Assembly: GCA_032718475.1 (NCBI GenBank)
Contig: JAUCBJ010004780.1
Span: forward strand, 13,177 to 77,176
Direction of reading: 5' to 3'
Origin: Nemertoderma westbladi
Lineage: Eukaryota; Animalia; Xenacoelomorpha
Length of the DNA: 64,000 nucleotides
The first letter of the stretch is position 1, and each line of letters starts with the position of its first letter. A program made the position numbers and the translations under genes. Positions 35,653 through 47,824 of the stretch are shown in pieces. Below the pieces are notes generated by a model that was not told where the DNA came from, did not search any database, and was given only the letters and a program-made list of their open reading frames with translations.

Positions 35653-37767
35653 CATGGCCTACTATATATCTGTATATACGGCCTAACAGGTTGTCGATTT
35701 GGCCTAGAAAAAAGAGGCCATTGCGTTCTTCGGGTCCGACGAATTTGTACAAAAAAGTACAAAAAAATACAAAATAGTACAAAGGTATACAAAAGAGTAC
35801 AATAAAGTGCAAAAATAGTACAAAAGAGTGCAAAAATAGTACAAAAGTGTACAAACGGGTGAGAAACGCTTGCAAAACGTGTATCCAAGTGTAGTTCAAA
35901 TCGTTTAGAGGAGCGCACACGATGTGCAAAATAAAACAAAGCATTGTCTGATTGTGGGGCGAGCCATGCATTGAGTGGGGGCTGATCTAGCTATCTAGCA
36001 GTCAGAGAGTAGGCCCCTATTACAGTATCACAATACAATCTTATGAGTTTTAATGCAGCCTTTTGTGTTCAAAAAACACAAAAAACGGTCCCAAGCTCGC
36101 AAAATTGCAGAGGGAGAACTCAATAAAGTTGCAGATAGAGGCGTACATACAGACATACATAGCCTACATAATGTAGCATACACAGTCTATCCTTCAGTAT
36201 ATGGGCTACTTTAAGACTATGACCTAAATTTTGAGTCTCAGTTATAGGAGTTTTATCTACCCACCAGCCCACTGCATAGTATTGCATTATATTGTATTAC
36301 ATATTATACGAACTGTAGCCTATTTCTACTTGTAAGCCAGTCAAAATCTACATGAATCAAAGTTCTGTCAATCATTTTGTAGTGACAGACTGACCACAGA
36401 ACCAAGGCCGCTAGTGATTTGACACTGACACTGTTTTTTTTTTGTACTCTTTTGTACTATTTTTGCATTCTTTTGTACTATTTTTGCACTTCATTGTACT
36501 CTTTTGTACTATATTGTATTATTTTGTACTTTTTTGTACAGATTCGTCGGACCGCGTTTCTTCCGTATAGCATCGTTTGAATGGAATTATTGTAAGCCTA
36601 CTGCCTTGGGGTAAAAAACGTTGCAGAATTAGTTTTTTACAACGAAAACACAATTAACCTCAGGGCTAGACTGTATTTTTACTATGTTACTCTTTATTTA
36701 CAGTAGGCAATCTATGGATGTCTAAAATGGCTGAGTCACATAGTGTGCGAAAATAATCAACATAAGTGAACTTCTATTTTCAGATATTACCCACCCAGAG
36801 AAGTTATTTGCCCGCTTTTTAATAGTGGAATAGTTACGCGACAAAATCTGAAAATAACTGCTGGTTGGGTAATAAGAACTGACACAGACAGACAGATTAG
36901 GATACAGCTATCTGTATTAGAATACAGATAGCTGGATAGGGGGGGGGGGGGGGGGGGGACTGGACGCAATAAATTAATTTGCCAAGGCGGGTTTTGCGTC
37001 GAGTTCCCCCCCCCCCCCCCCCCCTGTCTCTATATTTTCCAGTTTTATAGCAAATTATATAAACAATAAGCACCCAGTCTGCCAGTTACTAGTTTGACTC
37101 TTTGACAGTTTGAGACAATAAAAAACAAAATAAAAATAAAACCGTGACATCATGCATGAACCACCCCTAACTAATATCTATTATCTAGTATTCAATACGC
37201 AATTATTTAACTCTATTACAGCAACTTTGACCGCTGTCATTGTTTAAATCCTGTTATCCCTGTATCCTGTCAGCCTGTTTTGCACCCACACCCAACTATG
37301 CAACACTTATTCACCATACTGCCATAGTTCAATACAGCAATAAGGGCCTATTTATGGGTTATAATCTCTGTATCTACAGATCTATATGCCAGTTTTAAAT
37401 ATGGTTGAGCGTTGAAGCTGCCGGTCACTACAGCACTACTGGCCTAGGCGCTGCGCTAGGCCTACTTTAAAGTGTAGACTACGACTACGCTACCAGCTGA
37501 CAAGGCCTGAAGGCTGCAAGGCTACAGTTTGACGCATCGCCCACGGGTACTCCTGTACTCTGCCGCAGCTCTGTTGAGTCTGTTCTGCGGTACTGCAATG
37601 CTCTATTCTATGCTCTACAACAAACTGCAAAATCAATACCACCAGACCACTGGACCAGTACTGCTATCAGTACTGCTGTACTGTGCAACTGTAGAAAACT
37701 GGCCTCTTTTTTCTAGGCCATATCGACAACCTGTTAGGCCGTATATATAGTAGCTTAGTAGGCCATG
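35653..37767. mobile_element. P-element-like non-autonomous transposon (2115 bp)
   Basis: About 68-bp TIRs CATGGCCTACTA...ACGGCCTAACAGGTTGTCGAT.TGGCCTAGAAAAAAGAGGCCA; 7-bp TSD GCACAAC/GTACAAC (one mismatch). CA termini with a 7-8 bp TSD suggest the P superfamily. Confidence 0.82.
35733..36553. mobile_element. Nested MITE with GGTCCGACGAAT TIRs and GTACAAAA-type subterminal repeats
   Basis: GGTCCGACGAATTTGTACAAAAAAGTAC / GTACTTTTTTGTACAGATTCGTCGGACC; approximate TSD GCGTT(T)CTTC on both sides. Confidence 0.8.
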
Positions 37768-38199
37768 GTACAACACGTACAGTACAGTACACTTCCCGAC
37801 TACGGCAGTACGGTAGCCTTCTGGTAGGCCTACCGGTAGGTCGTATGTCTGTATGTCAGTATGTACTTCGTATGTAAATGTTAAACTGGAATATGGCTCT
37901 TGGCTGCAATAACAGAATAATGGCTGAATGGGTCTACCCGATCAGTTGCCATCTTCCTTCACGGGTTTCGCCGTATCCGTATCCGTTCGCGGTACATGGT
38001 TGTTGGATGCGGACGACCAATCTAAACATTCTTTATAATTTAAAAAAAATTGGATAAGCCGTTCTGTTCTTGAGTGATCATCAAAGATATGTCAGACATC
38101 GGATATCTACAGTACCTATCTTCTTGACGCCGCCTAGAAAACTAACTCAGCAGCCAACCGTGATTTATTTTTGAACTGTTTTTTTTTTTCCACCAACCT

Positions 38200-38585
38200 A
38201 CAGTATAATGATAATTATTATTATGAAATAATCATAATAATTATTATGAAATGATGATAATAATTATTATTAAAAAATGATAATAATTATTATGAAAAAA
38301 TAATGATAATAATTATTATGAAATATAATGGTAATAATTATTATAAAATAATGATAATAATTATTATGAAATGATGATAATAATTATTATAAAATAATGA
38401 TAATAATTATTATGAAATGATGATAATAATTATTATGAAATATAATGATAATTATTATGAAATAATGATAAAATTATTATGAAATACTGATAATAATTAT
38501 TATGAAATTATGATAATAATTATTATGAAATATAATGATAAAAATTATTATAAAATAATGATAATAATTATTATACTGTTCGGTG
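38200..38585. repeat. AT-rich 21-23-bp tandem repeat with short inverted flanks
   Basis: (ATAATGATAATAATTATTATGAA)n; flanks ACAGTATAAT...ATTATACTGT are reverse complements. Confidence 0.85.
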
Positions 38586-39119
38586 ATGGCTGAAAGTTGA
38601 ATTGCCCAGTCTAGTACTGTATAACACGTAGTGGGGCCTTCGCGCATCACGTGACTTGAACTTATGTTAAGTGTTAACTCGAAAGAAAGATTTGCAAAAT
38701 GTAAACATGTCTCCTAGTCTCAATAACACATAGAGGCCGACTGGGTAATTGCAATCGATTTAAGACTTCACAAAAACTCAATCTGAGGTCTAGATTATAT
38801 ATAAATGTAATAAGAGGTCTAGAATATATGTAAATGTAAAAGTAAAAAAGCAGGCCTACATTTTCATCGACTATTAGGCCAGGGATTACGCACAAAGTCT
38901 GGCGACTTATTTCCAGTGCGGTCCCCCAGAACTATACTCCTCAGAGTAAACTTCAGTGCTCATTTAAGGATGCAAGGCAGATATGCGCCCTGGCTGGTCC
39001 CTTTAAAGCATTCGTACCGAAACGAAAACTGCCCTGGCCCATGCGTGGATTGTACCCACGACCTACTAGAGATGTGAATTCCATGCAACCACTACACCAA
39101 GGCGTGACCTATGTGCCAG

Positions 39120-40018
39120 GTATCAGGAAAAGCATTATAAACAATAATACGAAAGGGCTGACGTTTTAATTTCACACATATCTAAAATGTTTAATTTCAG
39201 CCCACTAGCGGTAGACTGGAGAACTGCCGAGAGAATACCATCCCAACAAAGATGCTACCTATGTATGGTCTACGGTCTAGCATGTCTGCCAAGTATCAGC
39301 TTGAATGGATAAAATAGAACCAAATGAGAGAAAGTTTTTACTTTCAGACATTTCAACCTCTAGCGGCAAACTGGAGAACTGAGAACCGATCAAATTCTTC
39401 ACACAGACGAACCATGTGGTCTGGTACATATTTTAACGGTTAACTGGACGGTTAATACTTTCATACATTTCGCCCTCTAGCGACATACTGGAAAACTGCA
39501 GACTGACCGATTACAGAGACCACAAAGATACAGGATGTGTTCTAGCACATATGACAACTTTCAGCTTGTATGGATCATAAATAACGGAATGGGTCAATAA
39601 TTTCACTTTCAGGCATTTCGCTCTCTAGCGGAAGACAAGAGAACCATAGACTGGTTAGCCCCCTTTGAATGCCACAGCTAATGGTCTAGTACGTATCTGC
39701 CAAGTTTCAGCTTGTACGGATTAAAAGCAAAGAAATTGGAGGACATTTAATGTTTAGACATGTTGGAGACTGATGAACTGGGTTTCTTAAAGTTTTTAAA
39801 AAATCTCACCTTTTGGTCCTGTAATAATGCCAACAAATTTTCAACACGACACGGCTTTAAATCCGACAAAGTTATTAGCATGTCAAATCGTAACGAAAAC
39901 TACGTCGCGGAGTCAACAACTATTTGCCATTATTGTCCCACCCCTAACCCTAAAATTGTCAGTTCACTAAGGCTCCGGCAACGTCGTGGCTCACCCCACA
40001 AAGCGCGAGCTGTATAAT
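39120..40018 (+). mobile_element. Probable Helentron/HINE-like element with degenerate internal repeats
   Basis: Four recurrences of CTAGCG...ACTGGAGAAC-like blocks; 3' end ctaaggctc...cgtggctcacccca resembles 471-501. Confidence 0.35.
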
Positions 40019-40585
40019 CTTAGCACAGTACAGCCGGTTCACTGTATTATTTACCTGTACTGTACGTACAGGTCTATAAACATGGATAAATAGGCCAGGT
40101 ACAGTACCGTGAGATTTAGCCATAGTGCAGTAGTGCTGCAGTGCACTGACTACTGCTTCCTGAATACGGGCAAATACGTCCCACATACGGTAGCCTACGG
40201 TAGGCTACGGGAACTATTTCAAATACGTACACATACGGCAAAAAGACAGACCTACAGATAAAGCTGTAAAGAGCTGTACCGTACAAGAGCTGTATTTGCT
40301 GATTGATGGCCCAGTGCTGCAGTGCAGCAGTGTGCAGTGGGTTATAACCAGGACTGAACTGACCAGCGTCAGTAGGCCTAATCTAATACGTAGCAAGCAA
40401 CGTACAGACGTCAGACGTAGGCCAGTCTGCCAGTACTGCAGTATGCTATACCTGTAATACTGTTACTGTACCGTACCAGCCTGCCAGCGTACTATATCTG
40501 TATATCTGATATCCTGATATCAGAAGCGTTTGGCCTACCGGTACCGTTATAGGCTGATAGTGCTATATGTTCGATATTCTAAAAA

Positions 40586-40830
40586 ATGGCAACTTTATCA
40601 TCGAAGGAGCGAAATATGAGATATTTCGATAAGCTGAAAAGGGAGGGACGTATGGATGACTATCGTAGAAAATCTAACACTAATAAAAGGTTGCAGAGGA
40701 GCAGAAGAAAGGAGACAATGTCAGAAGCAGAGTTGAAAAGGGAAAGAGTTAATAATAGGTTGCGTCGACGTATGTACAGGGACCGAAAACGTGATAAAGA
40801 GATCCAACGGCCATCAGCGCAAAACGCCAG
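40586..40830 (+). CDS. C2H2 zinc-finger protein, exon 1 (basic, helical N-terminus)
   Basis: AAAAATGG start context; R/K-rich MATLSSKERNMRYFDKLKREG...RDRKRDKE; donor AG|gtgaga in phase 2 matches the acceptor at 42748. Confidence 0.75.
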
Positions 40831-42747
40831 GTGAGACATTAATATATATTATATTTTTAATCTGGAATGATATATCTGTATATGTTACGTTATATTTTTT
40901 AAACCAATGTATAACACAATCCTAGGTAATAACCGGACTGGGGGCCCTCCAGTCCAAAACAATAAACAGTCACTTTACAAAATGAAGGGAAGGAGCAGGT
41001 TACAGAGGCGGGCCTTTCTAACCAAAACAATAAACGGTCACTTTACCATATCAGGGAAAGGAGCAGGTTACAGAGGCGGGATTTCTAACCAAAACAGCCG
41101 GCATGACCGGTCAGTTAGGTCAGAGTAAACAACACACAGCACAGCAGAATAGGTGGAGGGCCCTGAATCCGGATTGTACCCAATCCTATATTGGGCCTAC
41201 AAAGATATCTCTCTACAGCTTTATAACTTTTACAGTTCTGCAGTTCATTTGCAAAACTTAATGCTACCAGTATATGCAATAATTATTTTAGCAAGAGCAT
41301 TACTTATTACTATCCTAATTGTTATATATAAACATCAGGCTTAGAGGTATGTATGATTCATGTAGGATGTGTATACATAAACATAACATTTATGTATTAC
41401 CGGTACGCAATACATCCATTACAATCTAACTTACTTATCCCAGATTAGTACAGCAAACAAATTAATAAACACACGGACTAAAAATATAAAAATACCTAAA
41501 ACAATAAACAAATATGGCCACAATTATTTTCTAATCTCAACAGCTAAACTGTGGAATAAACTACTGAACTACCGAGACAAATACGAGAAAATCTTTCAGA
41601 AAAAAAAATTTCTTTCTAAACTCAAAGAACATTACACCACTCAATTCGAAAGATCTGCAATAACATAAAAAAGGAAATAAATACAAGATTAAAAACAAAT
41701 GAGATTCCGTTTACAAAACCACACAACAAAATAAAGTATAATAGTAACAATAATGGAAATAATGGATGCTTTGTATTCAACATAAATATATGTGTGTTTG
41801 TATGTCCATGATTCTTCATATGGGTGTGTGTTCATTTTTTTGGAGGGGAGGGGGGGGGGGGGTATTTTTATTTTATTTTATTTTTTGCGTGGAGAATATC
41901 TATATCGATTGTGTGTCTAATCCTGGTCCCTGTGCAAATATATAAATTATAATTATTGATATATTTTAATATGTAGGCTAAGTTACATATAGTACAGGTA
42001 CCTGTACGTACAGTACATAGTGGTACACCTAGTGCACACGGGTACTGACTATTGGTTTTATTAATTATCAGTTGGTGCTACCGTAGCATTTTAACTGCCT
42101 TCAGCCAGTTCTCTGGCTGAAGTTCTAAACCAATTATACAAAAAAATGAAAAATGAATGAATGAAAACCTTGACTGCAATTGATTGTGTAGCTTTGGTGT
42201 CCATCTATTGTACTGGTACTGTTTCTACAGCTACTACAACTTCTACTCTACTGAACGCCGCCATTCAGGATCTGTAAACCGGGACAGTACAGCACATAAT
42301 GACATCAGCAGTGGCGGCTGGCGCCCTCAACCATATTTACACTAATGTAACCCTGGTGCCTGGTTGGCTAGCCTAAATCATAAATCTAATAAATTTAGCG
42401 GAAATCTTCACATTACCACAACGTACCTATCCGATATCCCGTGCAATGTCAATAACTAATTATTACGACAACCTGCTGACCTGTTTTTATTGTAACCGTA
42501 GAGCAGAGCCGACTTATAAAATTATAAATAAAACAACATGACGATACGATGATCGATGATTCTCAACAACTTCATAATTTCATTATTTTCCCGAAGCTAC
42601 AGTTCTCGCAATTGGTTCACCATCAAGCTTTTCATAATATAATAAGGTAATAATAATACCTTTGATTAACTTGAATGAGTCGGGAGTGCCCATAATAAAT
42701 TATAAATCATTATATACCGGTACATCTTTAATTTTGTTATTTTTCAG

Positions 42748-43432
42748 GTTCAATATTGAAAATTCCATTCCACTGGAATTTGATTCAACGCGGAGTGAAG
42801 AAGATGAAACAGTCTGTAATATTTGCAATAAATCATTTAAAAGCAGAATCACCGTAAAGATTCACAGGAGACTAGAACACGTGTATAAATGTGACAACTG
42901 TATCTTACGGTTTGTTACCCATTCCAGTTTCCAGAGACATAAATGCGATAATGCGAATTGTAACAAATCATCAGCAACTTCCTCCAAGAACCGACAACCA
43001 AATCCTAATCGATCCCCCCAAACCCCCGTGGAAAGAACTATACATGTAAATACCGGTAAAGTAAATCAAATAACTTCTCGGAAGTTAGTTACTGTTATGG
43101 TACATCTCAACCACAAATGCGATATGTGTTCTTCGACTTACAAATCGCCGGCTTTGCTCAAGGATCACATTGTATCTGTCCATGGTAACGACTCTAGCAA
43201 TGGTAATTATTCGCAATCACCCAAATGCGAACCTTCGTCTAAAAATAATTCTAATATTACCTGCAATACTTGCAATAAATCGTTTGCAGATCTGCTTGTC
43301 TTAGAACGACACATGATTGAACACGAGAGTTACCTGTGCAGTGAATGCGGTATGCTATTTGCTACTAAAGGCAGCCATTCTCGGCATTATCGTAAGTGTT
43401 GCCGTTTAGGGGAAAACGATACAACTCAGTAA
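42748..43432 (+). CDS. C2H2 zinc-finger protein, exon 2 (about 5 fingers); 309 aa spliced
   Basis: tttttcag| acceptor; CNICNKSF...HRRLEH, CDNC...H.C, CDMCSSTY...HIVSVH, CNTCNKSF...HMIEH, CSECGMLF...HYRKC. Confidence 0.85.
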
Positions 43433-43911
43433 GTTGGTAACATCGCAGTTCGATATCATCATTTTTCTGACAAAATAATAAACAATTTGCTATAGAGTAT
43501 GTCAACTCAATAGGATTATTATGACCATAGTTAGTAGGCCTATACGGTATAAACTATATAGGGAAGTTTTATTGCGATATTATTTTAGTTGTTTATGAAG
43601 CTTTTATTGAATTTATTGTATCACTACTTTAATTAATTAATTTGGAAAACAATTTATATTGATGTAATTATGTTTAAAACCAAAAATAGCGATTTGGAGC
43701 TGAATAAATAATAAATGTTGTGCAATCAAACTGGAATTTACCAGTTACCAAACATTCAATAGACTTTTACCTCGACGTCTGTAAACCCTTTTATTGAATC
43801 AATTTAATTAATGGTCTAAATGTATAGTAAATACTCGTTCTATAATTTACTTTCTTTTAATTTATTCAATTTTCGTGAAGATGGATAATAAATACAATTA
43901 ATTATTAAGAC

Positions 43912-44012
43912 GGGGTACCGGTATCTCAGTGGGTTGAGCGCCGGATCTGCAATCTATTGGTTGAAGGTTCGAGCCCCGCCACGGTCCACTCAGCCGTTCA
44001 TCACCTGGGCTT
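43912..44012 (+). mobile_element. tRNA-derived SINE fragment
   Basis: A-box-like GTATCTCAGTGG and B-box-like GGTTCGAGCCC, followed by a CCACTCAGCCGTTCATC body instead of a tRNA 3' end. Confidence 0.55.
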
Positions 44013-44573
44013 ACACACATAGCGATTATAATATCAATATGATATGGTTTTCAAATCGAATTCGGGATTATTTTCGTTAATAATTTTGATATTAATTTAA
44101 TATTATTTTATTACGCACAATCTGTTACCAACTAATTTTTTTTATTAAAGTTGGAATTCTCGATCCACTACATATTCGATTATGTAATTTTAACATATAT
44201 TTTTATTGAGTTTTTTCCGAAAGTCGAAAGGTTTTTTTCACTCCTATAAAGAGGAGGACAGAACTAATATATTTACTTTGACTCTTGATTGGTTAGCGAT
44301 GCCTTATGGCTGGCAGATAGGCGACTTTGGACGTAATAAAAATCCATCCCTCTCCAGAGGAAAATCGACAAGGATAACAGCTGATTTCTGCCAAAAATCA
44401 AGGTGTAACCTGTTCTATTAATTTTCTTTTAGTGTTTTGGTTAGAAGAACGTGCCACTGTAACCTGCTAATTTCCCCTAATTGATAATTAAACATTGAGG
44501 CGATATCGGTTTTGCGTCCACCACCCTCACTCTGTTCTCCCCAATACACCATAACAATGAAAAGTTTTAGAAA

Positions 44574-45182
44574 TTAGTTGTCTTTATGAATATCGTCTAA
44601 TGTTAAAGAGTCGAACTTCTTATAAAACTGAATGGCGTCTGTCAGTCCGAGTCCTTTTAAATCCCCGGCCTCGGGTATGCGACAAAGTTCAGTGAACCCG
44701 AACTTCCTCCACATGTGAATGGACGCCGAATTATTAACGAAAACGAGATTAAAGAACGCCGCTTGGTACCCCAAACCCGGGGCGATGCGTAGAAACTCCT
44801 TCCCCATGAACGAACCCAATCCTTCTCCTCTCGCCTCCTGTCCAACAACGAAACCCGCGTTACAAATGTGGGAACATCGACCTGGGAAGTTCGGTTTTAC
44901 GTAGAATGCGCCGACAATGGAACCATCCGTGGAATCCTTTAGAACAAAAACGTCGTGGGAAAGATAGTAGGCCTTAAAGTCATTAACGTCCGATAGATCG
45001 ATCTGTGGGTACGATGTACCTTCCTGGATCACGTTTGCTACTAAGATATGGAGTTGGTTCGTGTCAGTATCAGCTTCGTAGTGATCTAACGTTACTCTCC
45101 TGCCGGTCTTTGATACCCAACTAATTGGGAGGAATGATAATCGAGTTGTATTGCTGTTACGTGGTGGTATGTAGTACGCCAT
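44574..45182 (-). CDS. GNAT N-acetyltransferase, Mpr1/Spt10-like, single coding exon, about 202 aa
   Basis: EGTSYPQ, GAFYVKPNFPGRCSHICNAGFVV, acetyl-CoA motif RGEGLG, GYQAAFFNLVFVNN..SI..W.K.GF...IP.AG; ATG at 45182 in TAAAATG context. Confidence 0.9.
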   Translation of the reverse strand: MAYYIPPRNSNTTRLSFLPISWVSKTGRRVTLDHYEADTDTNQLHILVANVIQEGTSYPQIDLSDVNDFKAYYLSHDVFVLKDSTDGSIVGAFYVKPNFPGRCSHICNAGFVVGQEARGEGLGSFMGKEFLRIAPGLGYQAAFFNLVFVNNSASIHMWRKFGFTELCRIPEAGDLKGLGLTDAIQFYKKFDSLTLDDIHKDN

Positions 45183-45448
45183 TTTACTTAGAAGTATCAA
45201 ATAAAAATGTAAATTTATCTACTGTTATATTGAAACAATAATAATTATATTATAATCTAATGTTTTAATAAAATCAAACGAAAAATATATGAGCGAATTG
45301 TAAAATCTAATTGTTATTTTAATGTATTTACATTAATCCTCCGAACCGAACTATCAATCAGTGTTTTAATTTTTGCTTCAAACCTCAGATTAATCCAGTC
45401 CTGGGCCTACTGATCTGTAAAAAAAACTAAAATAACTCTACTCACGAC

Positions 45449-45705
45449 GGTTCGTTGGGTGAATTCTTAGCCCTCGAGTATTCATAGCCCGCGAGTATTC
45501 ATAGCCCTCGAGTATTCATAGCCCGCGGGTATACATAGCCCGCGAATATTACCGGTATTAGCCCGCGAGTTAGTAAAGGAGCAGGTTAGTAAAGGAGCAG
45601 GTTTCGGAGGCGTATCGGGGGAACCAAAACAATAAACGTTATTGTTTTGCGGGCTAAGAATACCCACGGGCTAAGAATACTCGCGGGCTAAGAATTCCTG
45701 AGACC
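45449..45705. mobile_element. Merlin-like MITE (257 bp)
   Basis: GG...CC termini, inverted 18-bp subterminal repeats (AGTATTCATAGCCCGCG / CGCGGGCTAAGAATAC), exact 8-bp TSD CTCACGAC (45441-45448 and 45706-45713). Confidence 0.78.
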
Positions 45706-46004
45706 CTCACGACCTTAGCTGGTATAAACCTACAAACGAAATCCTGATATCTATAAATGGATCACAAAACACTGAAGTACAACAGACGATGTTAATTTGA
45801 ATTTCCCTCCAATTTCACACCTTTAAGTTTTTTTTATAAGTTTACAAAGCAATTAACTCTGTAGCTACCTGGGCCGATTCATGGCAGCTTTCAATTACAA
45901 TGGAAAAAATGCGAAGTACTTCACATAGGAAATTGTAATAACAATACTGATTTTCCGATGCTTCAAAACGAAAACGCTGAGTGATTTATTTACAGCGTAT
46001 AAAT

Positions 46005-46103
46005 CATACTTGCAGCATATGGGAATCCTGAGGAAATTATTGCAGCTTTCAGATCATTGTACGATGGTTGCGGCACAATTGTGTCTAATGCTGATGGGGA
46101 CAC
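46005..46103 (+). mobile_element. Short RTE-type LINE RT fragment
   Basis: Translates ILAAYGNPEEIIAAFRSLYDG, matching the RT ORF at 48650-49024. Confidence 0.7.
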
Positions 46104-47040
46104 ATTGTTGCTGCAGGTATAAATCCTGCCTTTAAAATTACTTATTTTACCAATTTACCCAAAATACTGTATATTTAGTGATAAAGGACCAGTTACGGTA
46201 TCATATTGATTTGTTTCTTACAAATTATTCTTTAGTAAAGGTTCTTACGCCATCTAGTGCTATTACACCTATATTCGATCTAATTTCTACTGTAAAGGCC
46301 TACTAAACCTCAAATGGAATACGTGATGCTTATTATATCATATTATATATATATATATAATATATATTATATATATTATATTATAGCTATATATATTATA
46401 GCGTATTATATATACGTGATACGCTCGGGAAATAAAATAACTCGAGTATAGTGGAAAAGTTGTAACTTTTATTTTCCTAAGTACTAAATACTTAATTATA
46501 CTAATAAAATGTATTTAATGTGAACAATACCGTCTGTGGGTAATGGATACATGACTTGTCCACCAAAAATACTATTCAATTAATTCAGCCAATTTAGTTA
46601 TATATCCAATTTGAAGTTTATGCAATGTGTTACCCCTAGCGGCCAATATAGGAAAATATAGAAATTTTAGAAAGTAAACCATTTAAATAAGTTTGACATC
46701 AATTTTTACTAACAAATTCGGGTGATTTTTGATGATCGAATCTTACGGCGATTGGATGAATTAAGCCTAGAGCTATACAACACACATGACACAGTTAATG
46801 TTTTACCTTGGAGCTTGGGTGTTATTATTCCCTTGGGCAAAATAACACCTATGCAATTAATGAATTAAAGTGAAACACACCGAACATTTTCCAATTCCCT
46901 TGGGAAAAATAAATATAAACACCCCCAAAACTTTCCAAGCCCCATTTTGTAAACTCTTCCCCCAAACAATGCCCTTTTAGAATCTGTAAATAGTTGTTAA
47001 GGGACAAAAATAATCGAAATGCATACCATAATATGTGTAA

Positions 47041-47188
47041 CAACTTACTTATTCCCCAGAAGTTAGTTATTTTCCCAGTTATTTAACCCTTGGGCAGGAA
47101 CACCCCCGGGCTTCGCCCTCGGGTTGTTTCCTGCCCCCGGGTTAACTAACTGGGAAAATAACTAACTTCTGGGGAATAAGCATAGTTG
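47041..47188. mobile_element. Palindromic MITE-like hairpin (about 148 bp)
   Basis: CTTATTCCCCAGAAGTTAGTTATTTTCCCAGTTA pairs with TAACTGGGAAAATAACTAACTTCTGGGGAATAAG around a GGGCTTCGCCC apex. Confidence 0.8.
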
Positions 47189-47443
47189 TGCTATGATTGA
47201 TTTTACTCTCTTTTTGTTATTGTTTTACAGAAGAAGTCGCACTGCCCATGCAGAGGCTTTGGTCCCCGGTCAAGTTTAGTTGACTGGTGGTTATTACAGG
47301 CCTACGGTCTAAACTTAAGGAGTTAATAATTGAATTATAATATATTATTGTTGTTGCAATAAATGGTCGATACCAAAGGGAAGGCATAACAATCACAAAG
47401 AGGGTTAATAAAAATAAATTTTCGTTGAAATAATATTTAAAAA

Positions 47444-47809
47444 ATGTCTTATCGTTCGAGTGCCAACAGGAGCGCTTCTGACAGTGACCAAACCCCTAAT
47501 CTTGATGTGACTGCAATATCGATACATTCCGACCATCCGTCCATAATCAGTGTCTGTGACGTTGAAGGGTACAACCAAACTGAACCCGAAAATCAAACAG
47601 CACAAGAAGACGCTATTCGCCAACACTTGGGAGAATATATAAAAGCAGTGGGGGAACAAGAGTTGATAAGGAGATTACGTGGACATCGCCCAACTAGTCC
47701 CACCACCAAGAAAATCCTAAAAGATATCGGCCAAGACATGGATTTAGAAAGTACCCGGTCCCCGGACCCCAAGTACCTTACTGATCTAGACTTTGCTGAT
47801 GACTTATAA
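47444..47809 (+). pseudogene. Unknown ORF whose last 13 codons derive from a LINE RT
   Basis: AAAAATG start and about 108 aa of non-repetitive sequence, then PKYLTDLDFADDL, matching the RT motif in ORF 48650-49024. Confidence 0.45.
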
Positions 47810-47824
47810 GTACTCTCAGAATCA

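Noticed and set aside
37878-38057. Short + strand ORF of about 59 codons after the P-like element
   Set aside because: No recognisable motif or splice partner; cannot be supported from sequence alone.
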